DNA of 45,194 nucleotides from Kordiimonadaceae bacterium (GTDB lineage Bacteria; Pseudomonadota; Alphaproteobacteria; Sphingomonadales; Kordiimonadaceae): NCBI GenBank assembly GCA_014238195.1, contig JABABO010000058.1, positions 1 to 45,194 of the forward strand, read 5' to 3'. Shown piece by piece: positions 1 to 9,540 of this stretch (position 1 is its first letter; each line of letters starts with the position of its first letter). The notes under the pieces were generated by a model. It saw only the letters and a program-made list of their open reading frames with translations, ran no database searches and was not told where the DNA came from. The position numbers and the translations under genes were made by a program.

Positions 1-3000
1 ATTGTGACCGTAAAGCTTATCATCACCAGCGCCGCCCCAAAGGACATTATCCGTGGTATCGTCGCCGCGCAGGCGATCATTATGATCAGAGCCTATCAGG
101 TTTTCGATATTCAGGATTGTGTCACCATCGCTATTGGGGCCAGAACCACGCAGGTCAAGGTCAATCGCGACTAAAGCGGTCGCGTAGCTGAGCGCATCAA
201 TACCGTCACCGCCGTTGACAGTGTCATTACCCGCGCCGCCGATCAGCGTATCATCACCAGCGCCGCCGAACAGGCTGTCATTACCCGCGCCGCCATCCAG
301 CGTGTCATTGTCATCTGTACCATCTAGCGTGTCATTACCATCGTTGATAAGCGTATCATCCGAGCCATGAATGGTGATTGTGATGCCTTGCTGCGCTGTC
401 CCATCGGCAGAGGTCACCGTAAAGATATCTTCGACAGTTTCATCTTGGGAAAGCCCCTGAACCGCGTCGCCTGTATTATCAAGTAAGTAGGTCCAGTGGC
501 CAGTTTCATCAATATCTAAACTGCCATAAAAGCCCACGGCCCCTGTCACAGGGTTAAACACGTCTTCACCCGTATCAGCGTCACTGACTGTCAGGGTCCC
601 TGACGCTGTGGTGATATCACCATCTTCGGTGAGTGAGCCAGTTGCATCACCGTCAATGGTCGCGGCATCATTAATCCCTGTGATGGTGATGGTGACAAGC
701 TGGTCAGCGGTATAGGTCGAATCTGCGGCACGAACAGTGAAGCTGTCTGATAGGGTGTCACCCTCGCCGAGATATTGAACAGCATCATTGTTTAAGCTAA
801 ATTCCCAGTTGCCATTGTTGTCAACAATCGCTGTGCCATATGTGGCATCGGTATTAATCGACCATATGAAATCTGTATCTGTTTTGCCATTTGGATCATC
901 AACATCAAGATCACCCAATGTGATAAGGGTACCATTTTCGGCTACATTGCAGCTGACATCACCAATTATAGTATGCTGCAAAGTAAATCCCAAAGTCGGC
1001 CCTCCAAAAATTACATAGCTTTCGCCGCCTGAGCTGGAACCTGCTTTAGGTGCGCCTACAATCAGATCATCATAGCCATCCCCATTAATATCGCCAGCAG
1101 CAGAAACAATACTACTGGCTCTCTGGACAGTTTGATCACTAGCTGCAACACCGTTTAACTGAAAACCGTTCATCCCATCTAAGCTAGAGAGCTCAAAACT
1201 GGAGGAAAAACCACTGTTAGAGCCAAAAATAACATAATTCTCACCCGAGTATTCACCATTTGGGTCTGACCCAGGTGCACTGATTAGTATATCATCATAA
1301 CCATCGCCGTTAATGTCACCAGCACCTGCGACAGAATGACCACTCCGGTCCCCAGCATCAATACCATTTAAGGTAAATCCATTGCTGCCATCAAGACTTG
1401 ATAGCTCAAAGATAGCGGTGAAATTACCCCCTTTACCAAAGACCACATAGCTTTCACCTGAGTAATTACCATTTGGGCCTGCTGACCGAGCTCCAATAAT
1501 CACATCATCGTAACCATCGCCGTTAATGTCACCCAAACCAGCTGTAGCCCAACCTGTGTTGTCTCCAGAATTAATACCATTCATTATAAAGCCATTGCGA
1601 CCATCTAGGTCGGCTAGGTTTATATTGGCTAAAAAACCACCACCTGAACCAAAAACAATATAGCTTTCACCTGATTTATCACCGTTCGGACCCGCACGAG
1701 GTGCCCCAATGATCAGGTCATCATAACCGTCACCATTAATATCACCCGCACTAGAAAGGCCCACACCTGAAAAATCATCGGGATCTATACCAGAAATAGA
1801 GAAACCGTTACTGCCATCCAGAGAGGAAAGTTCAATGGTTGCCCCAAAATTGCTTTCAGAACCAAAAACAACATAGTTCTGGCCAGCACTACTGTTAGCG
1901 TAAATTGCACCCACAAACAGGTCATCAATGCCATCACCGTTGATATCACCAGCATCAGAAAGCCTAATGCCTGCTCTATCCCCGCTTGTAATACCATGCA
2001 GTCTAAACCCATTGCTACCATCAAGGCTATTCAGTCTCGAAAACCCAACAGGCCCAAAGCTATTACTAGAGCCAAATACCACGTAAGCTTCACCTGATCT
2101 AACACCATTCGGACTAGCACCCAATGCCCCAATGAGAAAATCGTCATAGCCATCGTTATTGATATCGCCAGCACCAGATACCGCAAATCCAGCAAAGTTC
2201 ATAGTACTCATCCCGCTGAGTTTAAAACCATTCTCACCATCCAAATGTGCTAGTTTTAGCACTGAAGCATATTGGTCGATTTTACCAAAAATGATGTAAC
2301 TTTCACCCTGAAATAAAGTGGCTGCATAAGGTGCGCCAATGATAATGTCATCAATGCCATCACCATTAATATCACCAGCACTGGAAACGGAAAAACCACT
2401 TTGACCACCAGAATTAATATTAGAAATGACAAAACCATTTGTGCCATCAAGGCTGGATAGTTCAATCACGGCAGGAGTTGCCCCTGTCAGAACAGGAGCT
2501 TCAACGGGGTCATTACTCACTGTGATAGATAAGGTTTGCACTGCACTGTCATGAATACCATCGCTTGCGGTGACTTCCAGATTATAGACAGCATTGTTAT
2601 CGGCATCGTCATTAGATTCGTAATCTGGTGTGCTGACAAACCGCAGCTCCCCCGTGCTGGTGTCAATCGTGAAATCATCTGCATCGACGCCGCCTGTGAT
2701 GCTATAGGTCAGACCAGCGTCGGCTGCCCCGCCAGATATGCTGTCCTGTAGGATGCCTTGCATATCCAATATAACACCGGCAGTATTTTCCATAACGGCG
2801 GCATCAACGATATTTCTAAAGATGATCGGCGCGAAGGCAAAATCACTTTCAATAAGGGTGGAGGACGTTACATTTTTCAGGATAAGGGTGTTTTCCACAT
2901 CCGCAGCGTAATCCCAGTAGGTTACTTCGGTATTTAAACCATTTTGGGTGAGTGTTAAGTCAGCAAAGAATAGGGCGATTGCCGTTAAGTCTAGGGTATC

Positions 3001-3679
3001 TTCGCCGCGGGTAAAATCTGCAACGGTGTCTGTGCCAAACCCAGATGCAATGGTAAAACGGTCATGCCCCGCATCGCCCGTTAGACTGTCGGACCCATCC
3101 CCGCCGTCAAGGGTATCATTACCATCACCGCCTGTTAGAACATCATCACCCGCGCCGCCCCTGAAAATGCCATTAAGGAAAGTACCCAAGATTGTGTCAT
3201 CAAAGTTGCTGCCGTGATATTCCTCAATATCATAATATTGATCCCCTGCTGCATCGCCCGTATTGTTGGCTGTGTTAGCCAAATCAACATAAACCGCAGC
3301 ATCCGCCCAAAAATAGGTTGCTATATCGTGCCCAGCTTGGCCCCATAAATAATCACTGCCAACGCCGCCATACAATGTGTCATTACCAGAGCCGGCTTCT
3401 AATTGATCATCACCATTGCCACCATGAAGTAAATCATTGCCAGCACTACCGCGCATAACGTCGTTATTTTCACCGCCGTAAAGTGTGTCATTACCAGCTT
3501 TGCCTTCCAGAGTGTCTTCACCCTCCCCCCCCATAAAGAGTGTCATCATGGGTATTGCCAAAAAGTTGGTCATCCCCACCATAGCCATATATTAGATCAT
3601 TGCCCCCTAGCCCCTTAATCAGATCATTTCTTTCTGTGCCATATAGTGTGTCGTCGCCGTCTGTAGGTATAGTGCTCAT
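1..3679 (-). CDS. Giant repeat adhesin / RTX-family protein; the 3' end lies outside the window and the frame is broken at a G8 tract (3525-3532)
   Basis: The minus frame whose codons start at coordinates divisible by 3 showed no stop in every stretch I translated (3534-2341, 1100-1021, 60-1); the track lists no competing long ORF, and I read the rest only by repeat pattern. My translation gives RTX nonapeptides (GGAGDDKLYG, GGAGNDTVNGG) at about 1-360, and VCBS-like acidic modules at about 360-1000. Seven FG-GAP blades (..AGDINGDGYDDLIIGAP..SGESYVVFG..LDGSNGF..) lie at about 1000-2475. A cadherin-like module (ITGGVDADDFTIDTSTGELRF..YNLEVTASDG) lies at about 2475-2760, and RTX repeats at about 3030-3530. 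A different frame from ATG 3679 (preceded by GGGGAG) also encodes RTX repeats (GGNDLIYGYGGDDQLFG) and stops at TGA 3520-3518. Confidence 0.85.
1000..2475 (-). repeat. Seven tandem coding repeats of about 200 bp (FG-GAP blades of a predicted beta-propeller)
   Basis: The translated motif AGDINGDG(Y/I)DD(L/I)I(I/V)GA recurs seven times with roughly 65-70 aa spacing. The units are divergent at the DNA level and in frame with the adhesin ORF. Confidence 0.8.
3525..3532. repeat. Homopolymer: C8 on the plus strand, G8 on the coding strand, at the frame break of the adhesin gene
   Basis: Counted directly: ccct-cccccccc-ataaag. With 7 or 10 G the 3679 start frame fuses to the long downstream frame. 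Confidence 0.9.
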
Positions 3680-3734
3680 GATCATTACTCCCCATAAGTG
3701 TTCATAATTCAGTTAAACAGTGTGCATCCTAAAA

Positions 3735-3748
3735 TCGCAAGGTTGCGA
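3735..3748. promoter_or_regulatory. Inverted repeat TCGCAA-GG-TTGCGA about 55-70 bp upstream of the adhesin start; possible operator
   Basis: Perfect 6+6 bp inverted repeat with a 2-nt spacer. That loop is too tight for an RNA hairpin, so a protein-binding site is more likely. There is no other support. Confidence 0.2.
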
Positions 3749-3973
3749 ATCAGAATGATATTCATGGTTAATGGTATAGGATGATTTCTAGTGAAATAAT
3801 AGAGAAAATATCGTTTAATATTATAAAAACAATTATAAAGTTTTTTAGTATTTTTATAAGTGTTTTTATAAATAAAATATACAGTATATCTTTAATAAAC
3901 TCAAACATTATAAATGTAAAGGGGATAAAATTATGAAGTGTGTATGATACAATTTTAATTTATAACGCGATGA

Positions 3974-3981
3974 GGGGGGGG
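3974..3981. repeat. Second G8 homopolymer, in the AT-rich spacer between the tadC stop and the adhesin start
   Basis: Counted directly: gatga-gggggggg-taacg. It lies 6 nt from the tadC stop codon. Confidence 0.9.
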
Positions 3982-3986
3982 TAACG

Positions 3987-4967
3987 TCACTTATTGATAA
4001 AATTATCTGAGACTTTGCACGCCGCAGGCCCGATCAATACAATGAACAACACTGGCATGATAAACACGATCAATGGCACGGTTAAAACGGCGGGTAATCG
4101 GGCGGCTTTTTCTTCGGCGGCCATCATGCGCTCATTCCTAAATTCCGCCGAGAGCACACGAAGGGAAGATGCAAGCGGGGTGCCGTAGCGTTCGCTTTGC
4201 ACCAAGGTTGTCACAACGCCTTGCAGGGCAGGCAGATCAACGCGCACGCCTAAGTTCATTAAGGCTTTGCGGCGTTCTGGTAAAAACCCCAGTTCAATCG
4301 CGGTCAGCGAAAATTCTTCGGACAGATCAGGCAGTGCGCGGCCTAATTCGTTTGCAACGCGGTTCAGGGCTGCGTCCAGCGTTAGGCCTGCTTCTGCGCA
4401 CACAACCAGCAGGTCCAGCGCATCGGGCAAGCCAAGACGGATCGATTCCATGCGTTTTGTTTTGGCGTTTGCCACCAAAATATCGGGCAGTTTCAGGCCC
4501 AAAAACACCATGGCAACACTGAAAAGTGGATAAAGCTTTTCTTGGTCTGGCATGGCTTTCATGCCGTAAAATAACAGAACCCCAACCAGCCCCATCACCA
4601 GTGGCAGGACAAGGCGGGCAATCTGATAAATCACAATAGCATCTTTTGACCGATACCCTGCTTGCACAAGTTTTATTGTCACCTTTTGGGTTTGCTCGTC
4701 TTGCAATAGCTTCAATTTTTCTGCCAGCGCCCGCATCAGGTTAACACTGGATTTTTCCTTCACGGGATTAGCGCGTTTGCGGGATGTAATCAGACCAGAT
4801 TTAAGCTGATCCCTGCGCCCTTGCAGGGATTTAATACGGTCTTTCATCGGATCGTTCACTAGGCCCGCTTGATAGAGGGCCACCAGCACCAGCAAGGACA
4901 CCAGTCCTGCGGCAAATGACAGGATATCTATCACGGCGATCCCCAGCATATTTTCAATCGCTTGCAT
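3987..4967 (-). CDS. tadC: Tad pilus inner-membrane platform protein TadC (type II secretion F family)
   Basis: 326-aa polytopic membrane protein. It is the second of two paralogous GspF-like ORFs directly downstream of the CpaF ATPase, and starts 3 nt after the tadB stop. Confidence 0.85.
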   Translation of the reverse strand: MQAIENMLGIAVIDILSFAAGLVSLLVLVALYQAGLVNDPMKDRIKSLQGRRDQLKSGLITSRKRANPVKEKSSVNLMRALAEKLKLLQDEQTQKVTIKLVQAGYRSKDAIVIYQIARLVLPLVMGLVGVLLFYGMKAMPDQEKLYPLFSVAMVFLGLKLPDILVANAKTKRMESIRLGLPDALDLLVVCAEAGLTLDAALNRVANELGRALPDLSEEFSLTAIELGFLPERRKALMNLGVRVDLPALQGVVTTLVQSERYGTPLASSLRVLSAEFRNERMMAAEEKAARLPAVLTVPLIVFIMPVLFIVLIGPAACKVSDNFINK

Positions 4968-4970
4968 GAC

Positions 4971-5954
4971 TTAGACCTCGAACGTTATCAATTTGGACAT
5001 CACAAAAATGCCAAAGCTCATCCACACTAATCCTATAACACCTGCGAAAATCGCTGTGGGGTGTGTGAACAGGATAATGCCATACTCATAATTCATCATC
5101 ATGATCAGCCCCAGCATCATGAAGGGTAAAACCCCGACGATTAAAGCGCTGGCTTTCGCTTCGGATGACATGGCTTTGATTTTTAACTTCATTTGCTGGC
5201 GGGACCTTAAAATCGTGCTGAGGTTTTCAAGGGTTTCACCAAGGTTCCCCCCTGTTTCGCGCTGCACAGCCAGGCAAATGACAAAAAATTTAAAGTCTGG
5301 TGTGTCCAGTCGGTTTGATGTTTCCCAAAGGGCGTCTTCCAATGTTTTGCCCAGCTTAACCCGGTCTGTTATATGCTGAAATTCAGTGCCGATTGGGTCG
5401 GCAACCTCGCGGGCAACATTTATAATGCATTCGTTGACGGGCAAGCCAGACTTTAAACCCCGCACAATCATATCAAGCGCTTCTGGAAATTTACTGGTGA
5501 ACATTTTGATGCGCCTTACCATCAATTTCCCCACATAGAAGTGTGGCCCCCCCATCCCAGTGCAAAGCGACACCAAAATGGCCGTTAAACCGTTCATGCC
5601 CATCAGGGATACTGTTATAAATGTCCCGATGAATATACTGCCGCATATAATGGCATAACGGGATAGGTCAATTTTAAGGCCCGCTTTGGCAAAGCGTTTT
5701 TCTAGCTCATCCCTTTGCGGGATTAATGCCGATAATCGGCCTGCCAGTCCTGTGGCGTTAGACTGTAAGCGAATTGAACGCCCAGTGTGCACTGTCGCTT
5801 TATCAGCAAAACGCACTTTAAAACGTTCAATTTTTTCAAGATCGGCTTTGCGGCCAGCACCCAGTGTACGGACCAAAAATATTATTGTTATCAAGAGTAT
5901 AACGGACACTAATCCCCCAACCATAAGGATGATATTCATGTTCGCATCAGCCAT
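4971..5954 (-). CDS. tadB: Tad pilus inner-membrane platform protein TadB (type II secretion F family)
   Basis: 327-aa membrane protein whose start overlaps the cpaF stop by 8 nt. GspF-like architecture and position in the locus support the call. Confidence 0.85.
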   Translation of the reverse strand: MADANMNIILMVGGLVSVILLITIIFLVRTLGAGRKADLEKIERFKVRFADKATVHTGRSIRLQSNATGLAGRLSALIPQRDELEKRFAKAGLKIDLSRYAIICGSIFIGTFITVSLMGMNGLTAILVSLCTGMGGPHFYVGKLMVRRIKMFTSKFPEALDMIVRGLKSGLPVNECIINVAREVADPIGTEFQHITDRVKLGKTLEDALWETSNRLDTPDFKFFVICLAVQRETGGNLGETLENLSTILRSRQQMKLKIKAMSSEAKASALIVGVLPFMMLGLIMMMNYEYGIILFTHPTAIFAGVIGLVWMSFGIFVMSKLITFEV

Positions 5955-7668
5955 TCATGGCCTCCATCAAGGCGCGGCCAAGCCCAAAATACTCTGCTTT
6001 TTGTAGGAAGTTAGGGCGCACACCCGTGGTATTAAAAGCCCCAATCAATTTACCGCTTTCGTCTTCCCCAGAAAATTCAAACTTACACAAGTCCTGAGTG
6101 GTAATCACATCTCCTTCCATCCCCACAACTTCGGTAGCGTATGTGGTGCGGCGACTACCATCACGCAAGCGCTGAACTTGCACGATCATGTCTAGGCTGG
6201 CGGAAATTTGCTCGCGAATAGCTTTTGTTGGTAGATTTAAACCAGCCATATTGACCATATTTTCAAGGCGCGTCAGGGCTTCGCGTGGGCGGTTAGCGTG
6301 AATTGTACCCATCGACCAATCATGGCCTGTATTCATAGCTTGCAGCATATCAATAGCTTCACCGCCGCGAATTTCCCCTAAAATAATACGGTCAGGTCGC
6401 ATCCGAAGGGCATTTTTTACGAGGTCCCGCATGGTAATTTCGCCCGTTCCCTCTAGGTTAGGGGGGCGCGTTTCAAGGCGCACGACATGCGGTTGCTGTA
6501 ACTGCAGTTCAGCCGCATCTTCAATAGTGACGACCCGTTCACCTTTCTCAACCATTCGGGATAGGGCATTGAGCATGGTGGTTTTACCAGACCCTGTCCC
6601 ACCAGAGATCAGAATATTCAAGCGACATGCCCCAGCGATTTTAAGAATTTTTGCCAGTGCTGGACTGATCGACCCAAAATTAAGCATTTTATCAAGCGTG
6701 ATTTTATCCTTAGTAAATTTACGGATGGATATTGAGGCACCGTCGATTGCCAGCGGCGGCGCTATGACATTAACACGGCTACCATCGGGCAGTCGCGCAT
6801 CGCAAATTGGGCTACTTTCATCAACGCGGCGACCAACCGCAGTGACAATCCGCTGCGCAATATTCATCAAATGTTGGTTATCACGAAATTTTATGTCGGT
6901 GAGCTGAAGCTTCCCTGATTTTTCAGCGTATACTTGATTGGGGCCGTTCACCATAATATCGGATATAAGATCGTCGGCTAATAAGGGCTCTAAGGGGCCA
7001 AGTCCCAGCATGTCATCTAATAATAATGTGACCAAGTTACGTTGCTCGGTTAAGTTCAGGTTTAACTTTTCCTGTACCAATAACTCACCAACCACTTCGC
7101 CGACTTGATCAGCAAGTTCAGGGCGGGGTAATTCTGCTGCTGCGGCTGGATCGATGTGTTCCATCAACATCGGTTGGATTTTTTCTTTAGCAGCGATCAA
7201 GGCCAACATGGTCTCATCCTGTGTGCCATCGTCATCACCCAGAATTTCACCAATTGGGCCTATATTTTCCTCAACCGTTTTGTATAAAACTGCGACAAGG
7301 CTCGGCATGGTTTCAGCGTCAATAGCGCGATCACCGCGTGCGGCTAGGTCGGTTAAAAGCTGGGCGAGCTTGGCTTCTACATCGGTTTCAACGACCATTT
7401 GCAAACTTTTAGCCGTAAAGACTTCGCCCAGCCGTGGTGCAATGAAATCTAGTAGGTCTTGGTTATCGGCTATATGCTTTGCTGTGTGTGCTGATGGTGT
7501 TTCTTGCACCTGTGGTAATTGGGTATCAAGCGTGTCATTTTGATCAGCACCTGGTAGGGTTTCTGATGTGGGGGAACTTTGAGAGCCAACATGCGCTGCA
7601 CGCCCGAAACCACCCCCATTGGCACGGCGCGTTTTATCTCTCTTTCTACCAAAACCTTGCGGTTTCAT
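5947..7668 (-). CDS. cpaF: Tad/Flp pilus assembly ATPase CpaF/TadA
   Basis: Walker A motif ISGGTGSGKTT, a Walker B/Asp box region RIILGEIRGGEA and a His box TGHDWSMGTIHAN. An N-terminal low-complexity extension of about 110 aa is present. Confidence 0.93.
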   Translation of the reverse strand: MKPQGFGRKRDKTRRANGGGFGRAAHVGSQSSPTSETLPGADQNDTLDTQLPQVQETPSAHTAKHIADNQDLLDFIAPRLGEVFTAKSLQMVVETDVEAKLAQLLTDLAARGDRAIDAETMPSLVAVLYKTVEENIGPIGEILGDDDGTQDETMLALIAAKEKIQPMLMEHIDPAAAAELPRPELADQVGEVVGELLVQEKLNLNLTEQRNLVTLLLDDMLGLGPLEPLLADDLISDIMVNGPNQVYAEKSGKLQLTDIKFRDNQHLMNIAQRIVTAVGRRVDESSPICDARLPDGSRVNVIAPPLAIDGASISIRKFTKDKITLDKMLNFGSISPALAKILKIAGACRLNILISGGTGSGKTTMLNALSRMVEKGERVVTIEDAAELQLQQPHVVRLETRPPNLEGTGEITMRDLVKNALRMRPDRIILGEIRGGEAIDMLQAMNTGHDWSMGTIHANRPREALTRLENMVNMAGLNLPTKAIREQISASLDMIVQVQRLRDGSRRTTYATEVVGMEGDVITTQDLCKFEFSGEDESGKLIGAFNTTGVRPNFLQKAEYFGLGRALMEAMNG

Positions 7669-7726
7669 TGTGCTTGATCTTTCTTAATTTATCTCTGATT
7701 TGGGATTGAAGCGTATTGATATAAGA

Positions 7727-8971
7727 TTATTGTCCCATAAGTTTACCAATCCATGAACGTTTGGGGGTTTCTGTTGTCGCTTCACTGTCTAGCAGAATGG
7801 AGACAGCCTGCATACTAGCGGCCAATTTAGAGCCTGCATCAATATCACAGATGAGTTTTCCTTTACTTTCTGCAGCCGTCGTTGTTTTTGGCTCATAGGG
7901 AAGTGTTACGTTGATTTTATGTTCAACAGAGCTTTCATAATCACTCACGGGGATAGCATCTTTGTTAAGTCCTTCCTTGCTTTGGATGATATGCACTTTT
8001 GTGTCGGGAAGGGCTTTTTCAATATGGGCTATTAAACGTATTGTGTCGCGTACACTGGCAAGGCTGCGATCACTGACGAGGATAATATCCGTTGTACCTT
8101 GCAAAATTTCGCTATGTTCACCTAGCAATCCGCGCGGTGCATCGATTATCACCGTTTGATAATGTTCGGCTATTTGATCAACTAAAATCGCCAAAGCCCC
8201 ATCCGCAAAACGCGCGAGCGACCCAACTGGGGCTTCTGCCCCTAAAATCGCCATATTGGGGGATGGTTTAACAACGGCTCGTTCCAAAAATAGACTATCG
8301 ACCCGGTCTGGGTTTTCTAGGGCATCGCACAGGCCGCGCCCAGGTTCTAAGTCAAACTGCATGGCGCTGGTGCCAAAATAAATATCCATATCAAGTAATA
8401 TTGTATTTTCGCCCTTATTAGCGCGTAACCATGCTAAGTTAGTCGCAAGCGTACTGGCCCCCAAGCCGCCTCGCATGCCAATAACCGCAACGCGGTGACC
8501 CGATGTTGTCGATACTGGGGTTTCATCATCGTAATCGGTATGGGTTGCATCTTCGGCCGACGATATGGCCTCGGCAACAATCAAAGGATCAAGCGGTTTT
8601 AACAGATAATCATGCACCCCCGCTTGCATTAAATCTCGGTAAAGCGATACATCGTTTACGCTGCCCAGCGCGATGACTATTGTGTCTGGCTCACAGACTT
8701 CGGCAAGGGCCGCCATGTCAGACCTTGGATCCAGCCCATCACCAAGATCAACAATCAGTATTTCAGGGCAATCCATTGCACCAAGGGCGCGAACAGCCGA
8801 ACCAATGTCCCCTTTAAAACACATTCCTTCATCCCAGCCCCGCTCAGAAACCGCCGCCTTAATTATGTTAACAGCCGCTTCATCTAAAGCATATGCAGCA
8901 TATAATAATCTGTCGCTCATCGTTGGTTTTGCCCTATTGGTTGCTATTGATTTGTTGATGGACCGAGGCAC
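7727..8971 (-). CDS. cpaE: Pilus assembly protein CpaE/TadZ (receiver-like N-domain plus atypical ParA/MinD-like ATPase domain)
   Basis: Deviant P-loop VIGMRGGLGASTLATNLA and the locus position support the call. The longest ORF starts with GTG at 8971; ATG at 8920 (MSDRLLY..) is an alternative start. Confidence 0.8.
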   Translation of the reverse strand: MPRSINKSIATNRAKPTMSDRLLYAAYALDEAAVNIIKAAVSERGWDEGMCFKGDIGSAVRALGAMDCPEILIVDLGDGLDPRSDMAALAEVCEPDTIVIALGSVNDVSLYRDLMQAGVHDYLLKPLDPLIVAEAISSAEDATHTDYDDETPVSTTSGHRVAVIGMRGGLGASTLATNLAWLRANKGENTILLDMDIYFGTSAMQFDLEPGRGLCDALENPDRVDSLFLERAVVKPSPNMAILGAEAPVGSLARFADGALAILVDQIAEHYQTVIIDAPRGLLGEHSEILQGTTDIILVSDRSLASVRDTIRLIAHIEKALPDTKVHIIQSKEGLNKDAIPVSDYESSVEHKINVTLPYEPKTTTAAESKGKLICDIDAGSKLAASMQAVSILLDSEATTETPKRSWIGKLMGQ

Positions 8972-9512
8972 CGCTTACTAAGTCTTTGGGGTTGGCGACC
9001 ATCTTCGCGAGAGCTGAAATTGTGGCACAGCCATGGTGAGCGCTGGTATTATTGCGTTGCTGATTTGATACTTCCATACGCCACTGCCCGCATTCAGGGG
9101 GTGTCGCAGTATAGCGTTCCACATACATATGGATGCTGCCAAGCTCTGGCGTGTGGCTTAGTTTTAGAGCACCGCCATATTTTACACCACGCTTTTTTAG
9201 ATGAGTGGTGAGCGCTGCAATGCGCTTTTCTGAGGTATTATTAGCAATATCAAATAGAACTGTATCGCTATATGTTATTTTGGTTTGAGTCAGAAATTGA
9301 TCCAGTTCAGACAGTGTGTAAGCGCTGGGCGTGTCTGTCGTATCTTCTTCAGGTTTTATAATATACTTTAGTTGAACCATTTCTACACTGGCACGCATGA
9401 CATGGTCTGTGTGTTTTGGTACGTTGTAATTGTTGCTACAGGCTGTTAGGGCAATGAAAGAAACACATATTAACGCGTTCAAGACGTAAGCCGTTTGTTT
9501 CATTTGTCGCAT
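8934..9512 (-). CDS. cpaD: Pilus assembly lipoprotein CpaD
   Basis: Lipobox FIALTAC and the C-terminal motif HHGCATISALAKMVANPKDLV, typical of CpaD. I prefer ATG 9512 (AAGGA 8 nt upstream) to the longest-ORF start at 9563, which would overlap cpaC. Confidence 0.75.
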   Translation of the reverse strand: MRQMKQTAYVLNALICVSFIALTACSNNYNVPKHTDHVMRASVEMVQLKYIIKPEEDTTDTPSAYTLSELDQFLTQTKITYSDTVLFDIANNTSEKRIAALTTHLKKRGVKYGGALKLSHTPELGSIHMYVERYTATPPECGQWRMEVSNQQRNNTSAHHGCATISALAKMVANPKDLVSGASVHQQINSNQ

Positions 9513-9540
9513 GAGGGTATCCTTTTTAATCTTAAATGGC

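Noticed and set aside
1000-2475. Regular sequence periodicity of about 200 bp that could be mistaken for a CRISPR array or satellite.
   Set aside because: The units are divergent at the DNA level, in frame, and translate into seven FG-GAP blades of the adhesin. There is no short identical repeat / unique spacer organisation.
3532-3534. ATG at 3534 as the genuine start of the adhesin, which would mean no frameshift.
   Set aside because: There is no Shine-Dalgarno upstream. The 160 nt upstream encode perfect RTX nonapeptide repeats in another frame that begins at an ATG with a GGGGAG ribosome-binding site. A broken single gene is more parsimonious.
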